DNA of 64,000 bases from Spirochaetia bacterium (GCA_965198005.1 CBDAOI010000004.1:896001-960000); one strand, 5' to 3'; counted from the first letter of the stretch, positions 20,231 to 31,396 are shown. Notes: generated from the letters alone by a model not told the origin. Translations and numbers: made by a program.

Positions 20231-20910
20231 TTGCCATCACCGCTACGGGTGAGCGCCTGATCGTACCACATCAACAGCTTGGAGTCTTCCTGCAGCACCG
20301 CTTCGGGGACCTTGCGTGCGACCTCAATAATGGTGCCGTATTCGCTATCTTGCCAAGCTCTCCTGAACCCGGCGCGGATCGCCTCCACACGGAACACCCT
20401 GAGCCGGCTCTGCTTCGATGTCCGGTACCCTTCGAATTCGCGCAGCAGCGTCCGCTCCCGCAGCTTCTCCAGGTCACCTGCCTGGTTTGGGTCAGCGACA
20501 TACCAGCAGTCCTTTGCCTTCGCACGTAACGCGGAATCGTCCCCAGCGTCAGCGGAGAGCTGGTCACGGAGTCGGTTGGGGAGCGCGCCCGTAGCGGAGG
20601 AAATTCTGCTCCAGGAGATCCGCTAGCTCCAAGGCGCGCTCATGTTTCTGCCAGCCTCCGATCTCTCGCAGAAAACGCGGCTGGATACTCTGGAACGTCT
20701 GAGCATTCAGGCCCAACTCCCGCCGCAGCCACTGGATGGCGGACGATTCATCGACCACGAATATCTCGACCTGTGGCGCTTCCGTCACGGTCAGCCGCGC
20801 CCGATCGTACTCCACCACCTGATCGGGAAGAAAATACATCCCCTCGCGCTCCTGAAAGCGCTGCGACAGCCCTGCATAGAACTCGCCCGCCGACATCGGT
20901 ACCGCAACCC
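20227..20910 (-). pseudogene. pglXI: BREX-3 PglXI methyltransferase, copy B (C-terminal region only)
   Basis: [43 protein letters not shown], then WYVADPNQAGDLEKLRERTLLREF..EAIRAGF..EDSKLLMWYDQALTRSGDGK*. Confidence 0.8.
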
Positions 20911-23222
20911 AGGTACTCGACATCCTGAACGGTGTGGATGAGCTCTGACCGGTTAAGAACCTGCCCCGCCCCCTTCTTGCGCAACGACTCGACGACGTGC
21001 CGAGCGTACTTCGAGCGTGCGGGGTCGAGCCGGTCACCGTCGAGCAGTTCCAGGGCGTCGAGGACCTTTGCTGCCTGTTGCGTCTTTGGAGTGCCGGCGA
21101 TCCACCGCAAGGCGTCCCGAACCGCCTGCGGGCGGCTGTTCGCGGTGTGATAGTCCGAAAACGTCGGGTATTGCGGCGCCTCGTCCTCGAAATGGGCGGC
21201 TAGCGCAACCGACGAGGCTGCGTTCATCATCTCGGTGACGTTGGCCCGCGCGCCCGATCCGGTAGGCGTACCCTTGATCCATCCCATCAGGGGCTTGGTC
21301 CTCCCCCGGTAGGTGACCTCGAAGGCCGTGGCCATCCGTTCCTGCAGCCATTGCGTCAGATCCTGCAGGAAGCTGCGCGCTCTCCCATCGTACGCTTCCT
21401 TCGCGTGCCCCGATGTGCGCGAGGCAAGATCAAGCGCCGCGGCACAACTCCTGAGCGCGTGCCGCACGGTGTCGTCCTGGCCGGTGAATCGAAAGACCAC
21501 CTCGTCCGGCTTCTTCTGGTCCTGGAAGCGCGGTGGATCGTGCGGTTGGATGAAGTACAGGTAGAAGTCGCGCGGCGGGACCGCGGTGGACCGCTCGTTG
21601 GGCGCCCCGAAGAACAGGTAGCCGCGCCGCGATGCGTGACGCTCGCGCCACTCCAACTCGTGCTCCCAGATGCGGTAGCCGCTGACGTAGGTGGTGTCCG
21701 TGCACTCCAGCACGCGCTTGAGCGCCTCGTAGTAGTAGCGGTCGAGCTGCGCCTCGTCGAGCGTTTCGACGCGCTTCTCGATCAAGGCGTCGTAATCGTC
21801 GGTCTTCTTGAGGTCGAGGTAGTGCTGCCGGTTGTCGGCGTTCGCGGAGATGAACTGACCGCTGACGGTCCGCCTGATCTCACGCAGGACGGTCTCGACT
21901 AGCGTCAGCAGGTCGTCCGCCGGCTCGCCGCCGAGGTCCTCGATCCCCGCTTGGTAGAGACACAGGCCGTCCCGGAGTTCTTCCGCGGTGGCACCGAGCG
22001 GCGCGTGGATGTCCTGGTGGGTAAGGCGGTGGACCGACAGTCCGTGGATGATCCGCAGCGCAAGCGGCCGGTAGGCCGGGCGGGTGAACGCCTGCTTGAT
22101 GCGCGCCTCCAGCACTTGGCTGCAATCGATCACCGCCTTGATGTCGGGGTCGGCACGGAATGCGGGATTCTCGCGCAACGTGCCCCAGTAGGCGTCGTAG
22201 GCGATCAGACCTGGGCTGTCAGACGGCAGTTCGCGGTCGATGATCCGCTTCATCGCGACCGAGAGCGCCTTCAGTACCTCACGCTTCTCGATCACCGTGA
22301 TTCGCTCGAAGGTGTCGATGAAATCGGGGTGCACCGGAAACAGGCGCACGAACTCGTCCAGCCGCTCGTTCATGTTGCCGTAGAACTTCGTGAACGGCGA
22401 CAGGTAGTCCCGGATCTGCGTCTGCTGCTCGCCGCTCTTCTTGAGCAGCCGTTGGGAGACCACGAACTTCACGTCCGTTCGGGCGATGAGAAGCTGATCG
22501 AAGCGATCCTTGACGCGGCGCAGACTATCTGCCACGGGGGCGAATCGGTGGCTGTCGAAGATCGCTTCCTGCACGCCGGCCACGAAGCGGAAACGGAGGT
22601 CCTTGCACACCTCGCCCACCTCGCGCAGGAAGTTCAGGTCGAGGACCAGTGCCTGATCTCTGCGGCTCTTGAGGTAGTCGAGCAACTCGTCCACCACGAG
22701 CAGCAACCCGTGATCGGGGTACTGGCGGTGGAACGCCGCCATCATCTCCTCGAATGCCCGCTTGTGGTTCGGGATGGTGTCTCGGGACGGGAATCGGTAC
22801 TCGACGCCCCACGTGGTGAGCGCCTCCTCAAGCTGGGAGCAGACGAACTCGCGGAAGTCCATCGTGGTAGCGCCCAACTCGGTGCGAGCCACCTTGAACC
22901 GGCCGGCAATCCGGCGCGCCGCGGCAACCAGGTCCTCGTTGGTGAGCGCATCGAGCAGCTCTCCGCGCTCCGCCACCGCCGAGATGACCGACATCAGGTG
23001 GGACTTGCCCGTCCCGTAGTTGCCCACCACCAGGAATCCCTTGTTGTCGGCCGGCTCGTCGAACTGAAGCTGGGGGATCAGGACGGCGGCGAGCTTCTCG
23101 GCCATCTCGTTGCTCACCACGTAGGTGGCCACCAGCCGGTGGGCAGCCGACTCGTGATCGGCGTCGCGCAACTGCACTACCGTCTCGATCGGCTCGAACT
23201 GAATCAGGTCGCGGTAGGTCAT
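20911..23222 (-). pseudogene. brxC: BREX-3 BrxC-like P-loop ATPase (DUF6079), C-terminally truncated
   Basis: [38 protein letters not shown]. Breaks at VQDVEYL, where pglXI sequence begins. Confidence 0.85.
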
Positions 23223-23238
23223 CGTGTGTCGTCTCCCT

Positions 23239-23718
23239 CTACGGTACCGCCGAAGGGACCACGATCACCAGACCGGCTGTCGGGTAGCGACGGTACTCAG
23301 AATGACCGGGATCCGCGTAGCTCAGGTAGCGGTGGTCGACCGTGCCGTTCCAGGACGCAACGATCGTCCGGTTGCGCGACACGTGCTGCAGCAGGCGGAG
23401 GGGATCCTGCTGCAGCACCGGGTCGAACAGAATCTCGGTGTTGTCCAGTAGGACGAGAGGCGAGTCCCGTCCCAGGATCTCATCCAGGGCGCGGGTCAAC
23501 TCAAGGACCCGACGGCGCACGGTGAGCTCCAGCAACCGGCGGGACAGCTCCAGGTTGAGGTTCAGCACCGGCACGCTGGTGCGTGCCGCGACCGCCCGTA
23601 GCGTCGCTGTCTTCCCCGCTCCGCTGGGAGCGGCCACGAGGATCAGGCGATGGTACAGATCGCCGGCCGCCTCGACGTGCGCGAGGATTGTCTCCACTGG
23701 AGAATCTTGTGCATCCAT
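23239..23718 (-). CDS. brxF: BREX-3 P-loop protein BrxF
   Basis: [44 protein letters not shown]. Confidence 0.9.
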   Translation of the reverse strand: MDAQDSPVETILAHVEAAGDLYHRLILVAAPSGAGKTATLRAVAARTSVPVLNLNLELSRRLLELTVRRRVLELTRALDEILGRDSPLVLLDNTEILFDPVLQQDPLRLLQHVSRNRTIVASWNGTVDHRYLSYADPGHSEYRRYPTAGLVIVVPSAVP

Positions 23719-24154
23719 CGTTCGTGCTCGTTGACCGCCAAGTGGGCTCCCGTCTCGACGACCGATCTTGGTTCATTCGGCCACCGACGGCAACGAGAAA
23801 CCGTTACAGCGCCTTTACACCTCAAACAATTAGCCACATATCTTGCGATCTGATCGGCCCTGATCCCGGCGGTCGGGTAGTGATTCTCCAATTGAGCGAA
23901 ATCGCCCTGATGTTGGCCGGTTGGTCCCGTCTGCCTTTGAATTGATCCCAGTACACGGTAAGCTGGGGTGAAGTGTGCCCCGCCGAGGGCGGGCGCGGCA
24001 AGCGCAGCCGGTGAGTTGGCGTCACGTCGTCTTGGACTCTCGGACTCTCATCGTTCGCACGGACCTCATCGGCAGCTCACTGGAGATGCATCATCACTTC
24101 TTGGTTACAGGTCGGGCTCGACAGCAGATTCGGCTCGAAGCAGGGAGGAATAGG

Positions 24155-25930
24155 GTGAGAACCGCCTTTCTTGCGATATTTGGAGCGATCGCGGCAACCA
24201 CGATACCACAGGTGGCGTGGTCCGATTCCCAGCAGCCCGCCGAGCAGGGTCGATCCGGAGTCGCCTTCGCGAGCCACGACGACCCTGGCTGGACTGCGAT
24301 CGAGCGGCGCGCATGGGCGCAAATCACCGCCGGGCGCGAGGTGAGGTTACCCGGCAAGTGCCCTGATTGGCAGGCCACCGACCAGCCATCCAGCGACGAG
24401 GTCGACCCCTCGACCCACACACTCAGCGGTCGGTTTGTCCAGCAAATCCTGACTGAGCCCTTCTCCATGGCCATTTCCAGCAACCGGCCCCTTGTGATTC
24501 ATGGGGCGCTGATTGTTGGAGATATAGAGCTGGAAGGCGGTGTGAGCAGTGCTCCCCTGCTGATTGACTGTTCCACCGTTGAGGGTAACATCATCTTTGA
24601 AGAGTGGGAGTTCCTGAGACGCGTGGAGTTCTCACGCGTGAGAGTAGTTGAGTCGATCCAGTTCTTCGATGTCGAGGCGCGGTCGCGTGTTACCGTTCGC
24701 CATAGCGATGTCGACAGTGTGAAGCTCATGAGAAGCCGTATCGGCCAGGATCTCTCGTTCAGACACACGCGGGTCCGTACTGAACTCAAGATCGTCTCCA
24801 CGAGTGTGGGAGCGTCGCTGCTCATGGGTTGTCATGTTGATTCACTCGATTCTCGTTGCGGACATTATGGGCGAACGCACTTCCTTAATGTTGCAGCGTT
24901 GTACGGGATCGATCTGATTGGGAGTCTCTTTTCCGACGAAGTGCACTTCGACGAGATCGATGTTGGGGCGAGTTTGTAGGCGCGTGACGTTGTCTACCTG
25001 AAGGGATTGAGGATGGTGGGGGGCGTGATTCGCGGCCGGTTTGAGATGCCGCGAGCCGCTGTTAAGGGAGTCATGCATCTTGATGGTATCATTGTTAGGG
25101 GTGGTATCAACCTGCACGATGGAACCTATCGTGGCGTCAGTGTTATTGGTGCTGAAGTCGGTCGCCAACTCGACATCAGAGCATCGGATTTGCGATTGCT
25201 GGACCTCAGCGGGACAACCGTCCAGGGGGCGCTTCGCTTCGGATCATCAGATCGGGAAGTTGACTGGGGTAGTCCAGCTGAGGACGCGCGTGTCATCGCC
25301 CACAACACGCGGGTGGAAACGTTGCAAGATACCGAAGACTCATGGCCCCCCTGGTTGCGGCGGGAGCTTGACGGATTCGAGTACGACAACCTTGGCGGAC
25401 ATGACAGCGAGTCTGAGGACACTGCCTATTTGCGGGGTACAGAGTGGTTTATCGCGTGGCTCGCCGGCGATGAGACGTACTCGCCGCAGCCCTACAGGCA
25501 TCTAAGCGCGCTACTCCGTAGGGAAGGGCAACGGGAGGCCGCGAGCGCTATCCTCTTTGAAGCGAAGGAGCGGGAGCGCACCGCGTTGCCACGGGGCAGT
25601 TGGCACCGGTGGTGGCTCGGGGTCCAGCGCTTGACGGTAGGGTACGGAGTGGGTTTGAAGGCGTTTTATGCCTTATTCTGGATGGCGGGGTTTGGCGTCC
25701 TCGGGTGGGTTTTCGCGTGTTGTGCCACTCGGAAGCAGACTGTGAGCCGTTGCACGCTGTTCTGGTACAGCATGTCCTACACGGTGCCTGGGTTCAGCCT
25801 GAGCAACCAGGACAAGGTCACTTTGCCGGGCTTCTGGTTCTGGAGAAGCTGGTTCTACGTGCAGCGCTTGATTTGCTACGCGCTTGCGCTGGTCGCCGGA
25901 GCGGCCGCTGTCGGCGTTGTCCAGCCGTAG
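24155..25930 (+). pseudogene. Exported/membrane beta-helix repeat protein interrupted by an in-frame TAG (24977-24979)
   Basis: GTG after AGGGAGG, signal-peptide-like N-terminus, ~22-aa beta-solenoid-type repeats, YSPQPY..L...G, VGYG and C-terminal TM segments. ORFs 23975..24979 and 25007..25930 are in the same frame. Confidence 0.65.
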
Positions 25931-25971
25931 AACCCCGGGGAAAACGGAGAGTCTCGATCCTTCGTGGGGGA

Positions 25972-26068
25972 GTACGCGCCAGAGTCTCTCGACGATCTCG
26001 GCTCCCGGCTCATCGAAGTAGTGGGCCAGTATGGCGGACGTGTCCAGAACGTGAGTGACCGCTCTCAC
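25972..26068 (-). pseudogene. VapC/PIN toxin, truncated after about 32 aa
   Basis: HVLDTSAILAHYFDEPGAEIVERL. ATGA-coupled to the antitoxin. Confidence 0.75.
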
Positions 26069-26319
26069 AGTATGTCGTCCTCTCGTTCACGTTCTCGCAC
26101 GAGGGCGTCCACAGCGCTGCCCGACCGCTGCCGGTACCGCACCCCACGGCCGCGGAGCCCTGCGGCGACCGCGGCGACGCTCGGGAGCACGCGAATCTCC
26201 AGAACGTGCTCGCGCTCGGTAAGGCTCCACTGAAGTCGGGTTCCCGGCTCGATCGCCTCGGCAACGGCAACCCCGGCCGGGACCGTCACCTGGTTTTTCC
26301 CCGTGACTGTAGTAGTCAT
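26065..26319 (-). CDS. AbrB/MazE-type antitoxin
   Basis: MTTTVTGKNQVTVPA...IEPGTRL. Confidence 0.8.
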   Translation of the reverse strand: MTTTVTGKNQVTVPAGVAVAEAIEPGTRLQWSLTEREHVLEIRVLPSVAAVAAGLRGRGVRYRQRSGSAVDALVREREREDDIL

Positions 26320-26413
26320 GGGTACAGGATACTCAAGGGACTTGTCTCGTCGTCTCGTCAAGTATAATTGTCTGCACGTCGCACCCAATCGGCGGGGTGT
26401 GGTAGGGTGGCGC

Positions 26414-27358
26414 ATGGGGATTCCGAACGAGGGAGAGCGGGCCGGGGCGCTGGATCGCGCGAAGGGTGCGCTGATCGGTCTGGCGCTTGGTGACGCGCTC
26501 GGGACGACGCTCGAATTCTCGGCGCGCGACTCGCGGGCGCCCGTCACCGACCTGGTGGGGGGCGGCCCCTTTGGGCTCGCGCCCGGGCAGTGGACCGACG
26601 ATACCAGCATGGCGCTGTGTCTCGCGGAATCCCTGGTCGAACGGGGAGGGCTTGACGTGCGCGACCTGATCGAGCGCTTCTGCAAGTGGTCGGAGGAAGG
26701 CTACAACTCGGTTACGGGGGAGTGCTTCGACATCGGCAACGCTACGGCTGCCGCGTTGCAGTCCTACCGCGATACCGGCGAGCCGCTGAGCGGCAGTACG
26801 GATGCGGGCAGTGCCGGCAACGGTTCGCTGATGCGCCTGTCGCCCGTGGTGATCCGCTGGGGTCATGATCGCGGGCAGGCCGTGGCGGCCGCGCGGTTGC
26901 AGAGCCGCACCACGCACGGTGCCGCGCAGGCGGTGGAGGCGTGCGCGCTGTTCGCCGAGGTGCTGGTCGAGGCACTGGCCGGCGCGCCGAAGGACACGGT
27001 CCTGCGGGCGAGGGCCTGGGACGGCGATGCCGGAGTCGCCTCCGTGGCGGCGGGTGCGTGGCGTGCCAAGGAGCGCACGGCCATCCGCTCCACCGGGTAC
27101 GTGCTGCACACCCTCGAAGCGGCGCTGTGGTGCGTGGCCCGGACCGATTCGATTGCGGATGCCCTGATTCTCGCTGTCAATCTCGGGGACGACGCAGATT
27201 CGGTCGGCGCCGTCACGGGACAGCTTGCCGGCGCGCTGTGGGGAATGTCGGGCGCGCCCGCGGCGTGGCTCGACAGACTCGCCTGGCGCGAGCGGATCGA
27301 GGCATTGGCTGCGGACCTGTTCGCCGCCGCCGAGCGCGAGCAGGCCGAGAGGCACTGA
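26414..27358 (+). CDS. ADP-ribosylglycohydrolase (DraG/ARH family)
   Basis: GDALG, WTDDT, GNGSLMR, TTH, GDDADSVGAVTG. Confidence 0.92.
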   Translation: MGIPNEGERAGALDRAKGALIGLALGDALGTTLEFSARDSRAPVTDLVGGGPFGLAPGQWTDDTSMALCLAESLVERGGLDVRDLIERFCKWSEEGYNSVTGECFDIGNATAAALQSYRDTGEPLSGSTDAGSAGNGSLMRLSPVVIRWGHDRGQAVAAARLQSRTTHGAAQAVEACALFAEVLVEALAGAPKDTVLRARAWDGDAGVASVAAGAWRAKERTAIRSTGYVLHTLEAALWCVARTDSIADALILAVNLGDDADSVGAVTGQLAGALWGMSGAPAAWLDRLAWRERIEALAADLFAAAEREQAERH

Positions 27359-27808
27359 CCACGCAGCCGCTCGGCATGCACCGGCCGCACCGGCCGCGTG
27401 CCGTCAGCGGCATCATTCCTTGCGGACCGCGTGGTATCGCCACGCTACGGGCAGTGGCGCGGAGCTACCGGCGTGGCCGTCTGTGACAGATCGACCTGAC
27501 CACCGATGAGGATAGGTTTCATCAACTGACAGATGAAATTATTTCCTTATACCATAACAATTTAGTGCCGGTGAGTAGTACAGATTGCGAAAGTCGAACA
27601 ACTCTTGTCAGATTCAGCGACGGGTCGCTTGACAAGTCTTGACTTCACCCAAACAATGAGCGTGGACGGCCCGATGGGTGGGTTCCCTTAAGCTCCTGCG
27701 TACAGTATACTTAGAGATTGAGAATTTAGTTTAGACCCAAAATGTCTATCAGGAGGAGGAGGTGTTGTCCCGCTGCTTATGTCATGGGACAAACGTTAGG
27801 AGTGTGCA

Positions 27809-28441
27809 GTGTCTATTGAAGTAACGGATTGCCTATCCGCTAGTGTTGTGGTGGTTGGGGTGGGTCTCCTGGGTTCCGAACAAGAATTGAAGTCCTTCAG
27901 CGACTCAATTCCTACCGAGATCGTTGTCGAGAACCGACTCGGTCCCGAAGGATCTTTGGGACGCAGGCTACAGTTCAATAAAGACAGAATACTAATCGAG
28001 ATAACTCCACAACGATCATCGATAAGACAAGAATATCCATCAGATGACCTGTCAATCCTGGCGGGAGTGGCCGGGAACGCCATTAAGCATACTACGAATG
28101 TCCAAGATATTAGAGCGCATGGGTATAATGTAGATCTTGTCTATGCGCAAAACTCTGCGATCTCTGCATCTTCATATATTGCAAAAAGGATGTTTTCGAC
28201 CTTTCCGAAAAACGAGGCTTGGAAGGTTATCGGTGGACATGCCGGATTGCGCTTCCAAAGTAACGACGGTAGGATGTGGATCGCTGATATAGAACCGAGG
28301 TTCCGTCAAGACGACACCAACAAGATCTACTTTCGTCTCAATCTACACGTTCAAGGTCGACCTGATACAGACACAATACATGATCTCTTACGCCGGACTC
28401 GGCACGAAGCAGAAGGTTTTGTAGCTCGGTTAGATGGTTGA
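27809..28441 (+). CDS. Hypothetical protein, TIGR04255-like
   Basis: GTG after AGGAG, 210 aa, AT-rich. Pattern IRAHGYN...IEPR...FRLNLH recalls TIGR04255-like proteins. Confidence 0.55.
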   Translation: MSIEVTDCLSASVVVVGVGLLGSEQELKSFSDSIPTEIVVENRLGPEGSLGRRLQFNKDRILIEITPQRSSIRQEYPSDDLSILAGVAGNAIKHTTNVQDIRAHGYNVDLVYAQNSAISASSYIAKRMFSTFPKNEAWKVIGGHAGLRFQSNDGRMWIADIEPRFRQDDTNKIYFRLNLHVQGRPDTDTIHDLLRRTRHEAEGFVARLDG

Positions 28442-28451
28442 GGGACTGTAA

Positions 28452-29255
28452 GTGACAATCGAGAGTCCTGCTGTTAGCGCGACAACAGCGAATCCGTGGC
28501 GTCATGATGGGACCACACCGTTCGCAGAAGCGAATACACTCATATCTGCGGCAACATGGCAACCATTCACAACAACGGATGTAGTGGTACATCGTAGCCG
28601 TACAGTCCGCCCTATAGAATGCATAGAATGCGAGGCAGATCCCAATCCGCAAGAGTGGGGGCTTGCACCTCTGAATCCCCAACCTCATATGGACCGATGG
28701 TCGAATGAGCGTATGGTGCTACCTCCTCAGCGTGTGCTTGATGCGCGTGGTGGTCTACGCCTGCCGTATTCTTCCGGTGGGCCAAATGACCTAGCAGCAC
28801 CGCCCAATTCGGCGTCGGTTGAAAACGGTAATGAAGAAGCTACTCTTTTCTATCTAGGATCGTATTCTGGGCACATTGCAAGGGAAGTTAGCCGGCAAAT
28901 CAATGTAGCTTCAAATCGCTGGTTACTGTCTAAGCTGGAGGACCTGCGTAGTTCGGGTGACAGCTATGTGTATCCTGGGGGCAGAAGGCCATCTGAGACA
29001 GCTTTTCGTGATGCTGGCTTATTCATACTGAAGCTTCCGACGCTAAGCATGTATCCCAAAGTCGCACTGGTCGCGGATGGAGAGATCAACTTTCTTTGGA
29101 AGCATGGCACGGTTCATGTCGATCTCGGATTTTACGGCGACGGAGAAGGTTCTTACTACGCAAGAGACAAGAACGGTAGCGAGTATTTTTGTGATGGATT
29201 TCCGGCATCGAAAGGGTTGCCCGCCGAAATAGCGTCGTTATTTGAAGTAGAATAG
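28452..29255 (+). CDS. Hypothetical protein with low-complexity N-half and compact C-terminal domain
   Basis: GTG after GAGGGA. C-domain KLEDL...PSETAF..A..FI..LP...PKVALVADGEINFLW...LGFYGDG..SYY. Confidence 0.7.
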   Translation: MTIESPAVSATTANPWRHDGTTPFAEANTLISAATWQPFTTTDVVVHRSRTVRPIECIECEADPNPQEWGLAPLNPQPHMDRWSNERMVLPPQRVLDARGGLRLPYSSGGPNDLAAPPNSASVENGNEEATLFYLGSYSGHIAREVSRQINVASNRWLLSKLEDLRSSGDSYVYPGGRRPSETAFRDAGLFILKLPTLSMYPKVALVADGEINFLWKHGTVHVDLGFYGDGEGSYYARDKNGSEYFCDGFPASKGLPAEIASLFEVE

Positions 29256-29261
29256 TCAATC

Positions 29262-29759
29262 TTGCCGATGCGTCCCTTGCCTCACTTGAACGAAAGGGTC
29301 AGCGCGGCACCCGGTTTGTCTCCGGGTGTTGTTGGTGATAAAGAAATCCTGCTCCGGGAAATGTACGAACCTCATCACGTAAAAGACGGTGCCGTCCAAG
29401 AACAGGCTATACCGGCTCTGGAACTACTTTACGATGGTTTTTCCGTCCATAGATTCCGATTTGTAGCTCGGGAATTCATCGAACAGTCCATAGATACGAA
29501 ACTATCAAGAAAGAAGGACAGGTGGAAATTTGATGGTTTGGCGAATCTAAATGCTGGTCTGGTACGCAGAATAGCCTTTGACAATACACCGGCCTTCGTC
29601 GTTATCGACACGGCTTGCGCAGACAACAGGTATCACGCAAGTATACTTGCTGCGGCACATCCCAACCGAAACCGGTCCAGGGCAAGGAAGCTCCGAAGTC
29701 TGCTACTCCCTTACTTGGAGAATCGTGTGCCGCTGAAGTCATTTCAATTCATTTCATAA
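29262..29759 (+). CDS. Hypothetical protein, possible ART/RES-like fold
   Basis: SPGVVGDKEILLR...PHH...GFSVHR...FVVIDTA...NRYHASI. Starts 6 nt after the previous stop (alternative ATG at 29268). Confidence 0.6.
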   Translation: MPMRPLPHLNERVSAAPGLSPGVVGDKEILLREMYEPHHVKDGAVQEQAIPALELLYDGFSVHRFRFVAREFIEQSIDTKLSRKKDRWKFDGLANLNAGLVRRIAFDNTPAFVVIDTACADNRYHASILAAAHPNRNRSRARKLRSLLLPYLENRVPLKSFQFIS

Positions 29760-29965
29760 AGAGGGCTGACGGCCGAGATGACTACCAAACGAACCCCGCG
29801 CTTGTCGTGCCTTACCAAGCTACCCTTCAGGTCGCTACGGCCGCGGTTCACACGGGTGTAGAGTGCGAAGCTGCCCGCCCTGGCGGTAGTCGCCGGTTTA
29901 CTCCGCAAGCTCGCTCGGCGGGGGTGAACCCGGCGCCTGCAGACGAGTTGCACGAGTCCGGTGCG

Positions 29966-29994
29966 TTGACATCCGGCCCGCCGGCGGATACGTT
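29966..29994 (+). promoter_or_regulatory. sigma70-like promoter for the riboswitch-btu operon
   Basis: TTGACA-17 nt-TACGTT just upstream of the riboswitch. Confidence 0.55.
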
Positions 29995-30019
29995 GCGGGC
30001 CGACAGATATCAAGGCCAA

Positions 30020-30203
30020 CCCGCCCGGTGCTGTTCGGATGCCGTGAGGGCAACGAAGAGGTAACAGGGAAAGCGGTGTGAATCCGCTGCGGAGGTGCCC
30101 ACTGTGACCGGTGAGCCGGCCGCTGCAAGCCACTGTCCTCAGGGCGGGACGGGAAGGGGGCGGCGCAGGCGACGACCCGGGAGCCAGGAGACCTGCCGGG
30201 CAG
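30020..30203 (+). ncRNA. Cobalamin (B12) riboswitch
   Basis: AACAGGGAAAGCGGTGTGAATCCGC, CCCACTGTGA, AAGCCACTG...GGGAAGG and B12 box GAGCCAGGAGACCTGCC. P1 gcccgg/ccgggc. Lies upstream of a FecCD-type ABC operon. Confidence 0.93.
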
Positions 30204-30249
30204 GGCTGAGTGGCCGCTTTCCGTCCAGGGAGCGCCTCGGGTCGAGCCA

Positions 30250-31377
30250 ATGCGGTCTCGCGGCTTCTTTCCCAGATGGCGAGCGGCGAAGGAGTTGTGT
30301 TTGCCGCGGCGCTGGTTTCCCCGATCCCCGTTCCCGTCCGGATCGCCGGTGGTGCTCCGTCTTGCGCGCGGTACGGCATTGCTGCTCGGCGTCGGCGCGG
30401 TGCTGGTGGTGACCGCGGCCGCGCTCGGCTCGTACGCCATTCCGCTGTCCCAGACCGCGGCCATCCTGCTCGATCAGGTGGGGATCGGCGCCGGTGCGGC
30501 CGGTGACACCGAGCGGGCGATCGTCGAGACGATCCGGCTGCCGCGCATCGTCCTGGGGTTGCTGGTGGGGGCCGCGCTCGGCACGGCCGGCGCGGTCATG
30601 CAGGGGCTGTTCCGCAACCCGATGGCCGACCCCGGAATCATCGGCGTGTCCACCGGCGGGGCGCTGGGCGCGGTGATCGCGATCGCCATCGGCGCGCAGG
30701 CGGCGTTTCCGCTGGCGCTGCCGGCGATGGGGTTCGCCGGCGCGGCGGGTGCGCTGGCGCTGGTGTTTGCCGTGGCCTCGGTGGGCGGGCGGTTTTCCAT
30801 GCCGGCGCTGCTGCTGGCCGGGGTGGCAGTGAGCCTGTTCATCGCCGCCATCATCGCCGCCATCGTGCTCTCCACCCGCGACCTCGGCGCGCAGCGCGAG
30901 ATGATCTTCTGGCTCGCCGGGGGGCTGGACGCTTCGCGCTGGACCCACGTGCGGCTCGCTGCGCCGTTCATATTGGCCGGGACGGCCGCGGCCGTGCTGC
31001 TGGCGCGCGACCTGAACCTGCTCACTCTGAGCGAGGACGAGGCGCGGGCGCTGGGCCTGCGCGTCGGCGCCACGCGCACCGTCCTGCTGCTGGCCGCGTC
31101 GCTGGTCACCGGCACGGCGGTGGCGTTCTCCGGCACCATCGCCTTCGTCGGGCTGATCGTGCCGCACGCGCTGCGCCTGCTGGCCGGCGCCGACCATCGC
31201 GTCCTGGTGCCGCTGAGCGCCCTCGGGGGCGGGCTGTTTCTGCTCGCCGCCGACACCCTGGCGCGCCTCGCCATCGCCCCGGCGGAGGTGCGCGTGGGCA
31301 TCATCACCTCGCTCGTCGGGGCGCCGTTCTTCATCATCCTGCTCGCCCGCCACAAGGCGCGCGCGGGCGCGCTCTAG
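30250..31377 (+). CDS. btuC: Cobalamin ABC transporter permease (FecCD family); real start may be downstream
   Basis: IRLPR, QGLFRNPMADPGIIGVS, FVGLIVPH. Riboswitch upstream. Confidence 0.85.
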   Translation: MRSRGFFPRWRAAKELCLPRRWFPRSPFPSGSPVVLRLARGTALLLGVGAVLVVTAAALGSYAIPLSQTAAILLDQVGIGAGAAGDTERAIVETIRLPRIVLGLLVGAALGTAGAVMQGLFRNPMADPGIIGVSTGGALGAVIAIAIGAQAAFPLALPAMGFAGAAGALALVFAVASVGGRFSMPALLLAGVAVSLFIAAIIAAIVLSTRDLGAQREMIFWLAGGLDASRWTHVRLAAPFILAGTAAAVLLARDLNLLTLSEDEARALGLRVGATRTVLLLAASLVTGTAVAFSGTIAFVGLIVPHALRLLAGADHRVLVPLSALGGGLFLLAADTLARLAIAPAEVRVGIITSLVGAPFFIILLARHKARAGAL

Positions 31378-31396
31378 CCGTCTTGGAGGACGAGAC

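Noticed and set aside
24977-24979. In-frame TAG as pyrrolysine or programmed readthrough
   Set aside because: It lies in a structural repeat, not at a catalytic position, and no pyl genes are seen. A nonsense mutation is simpler.
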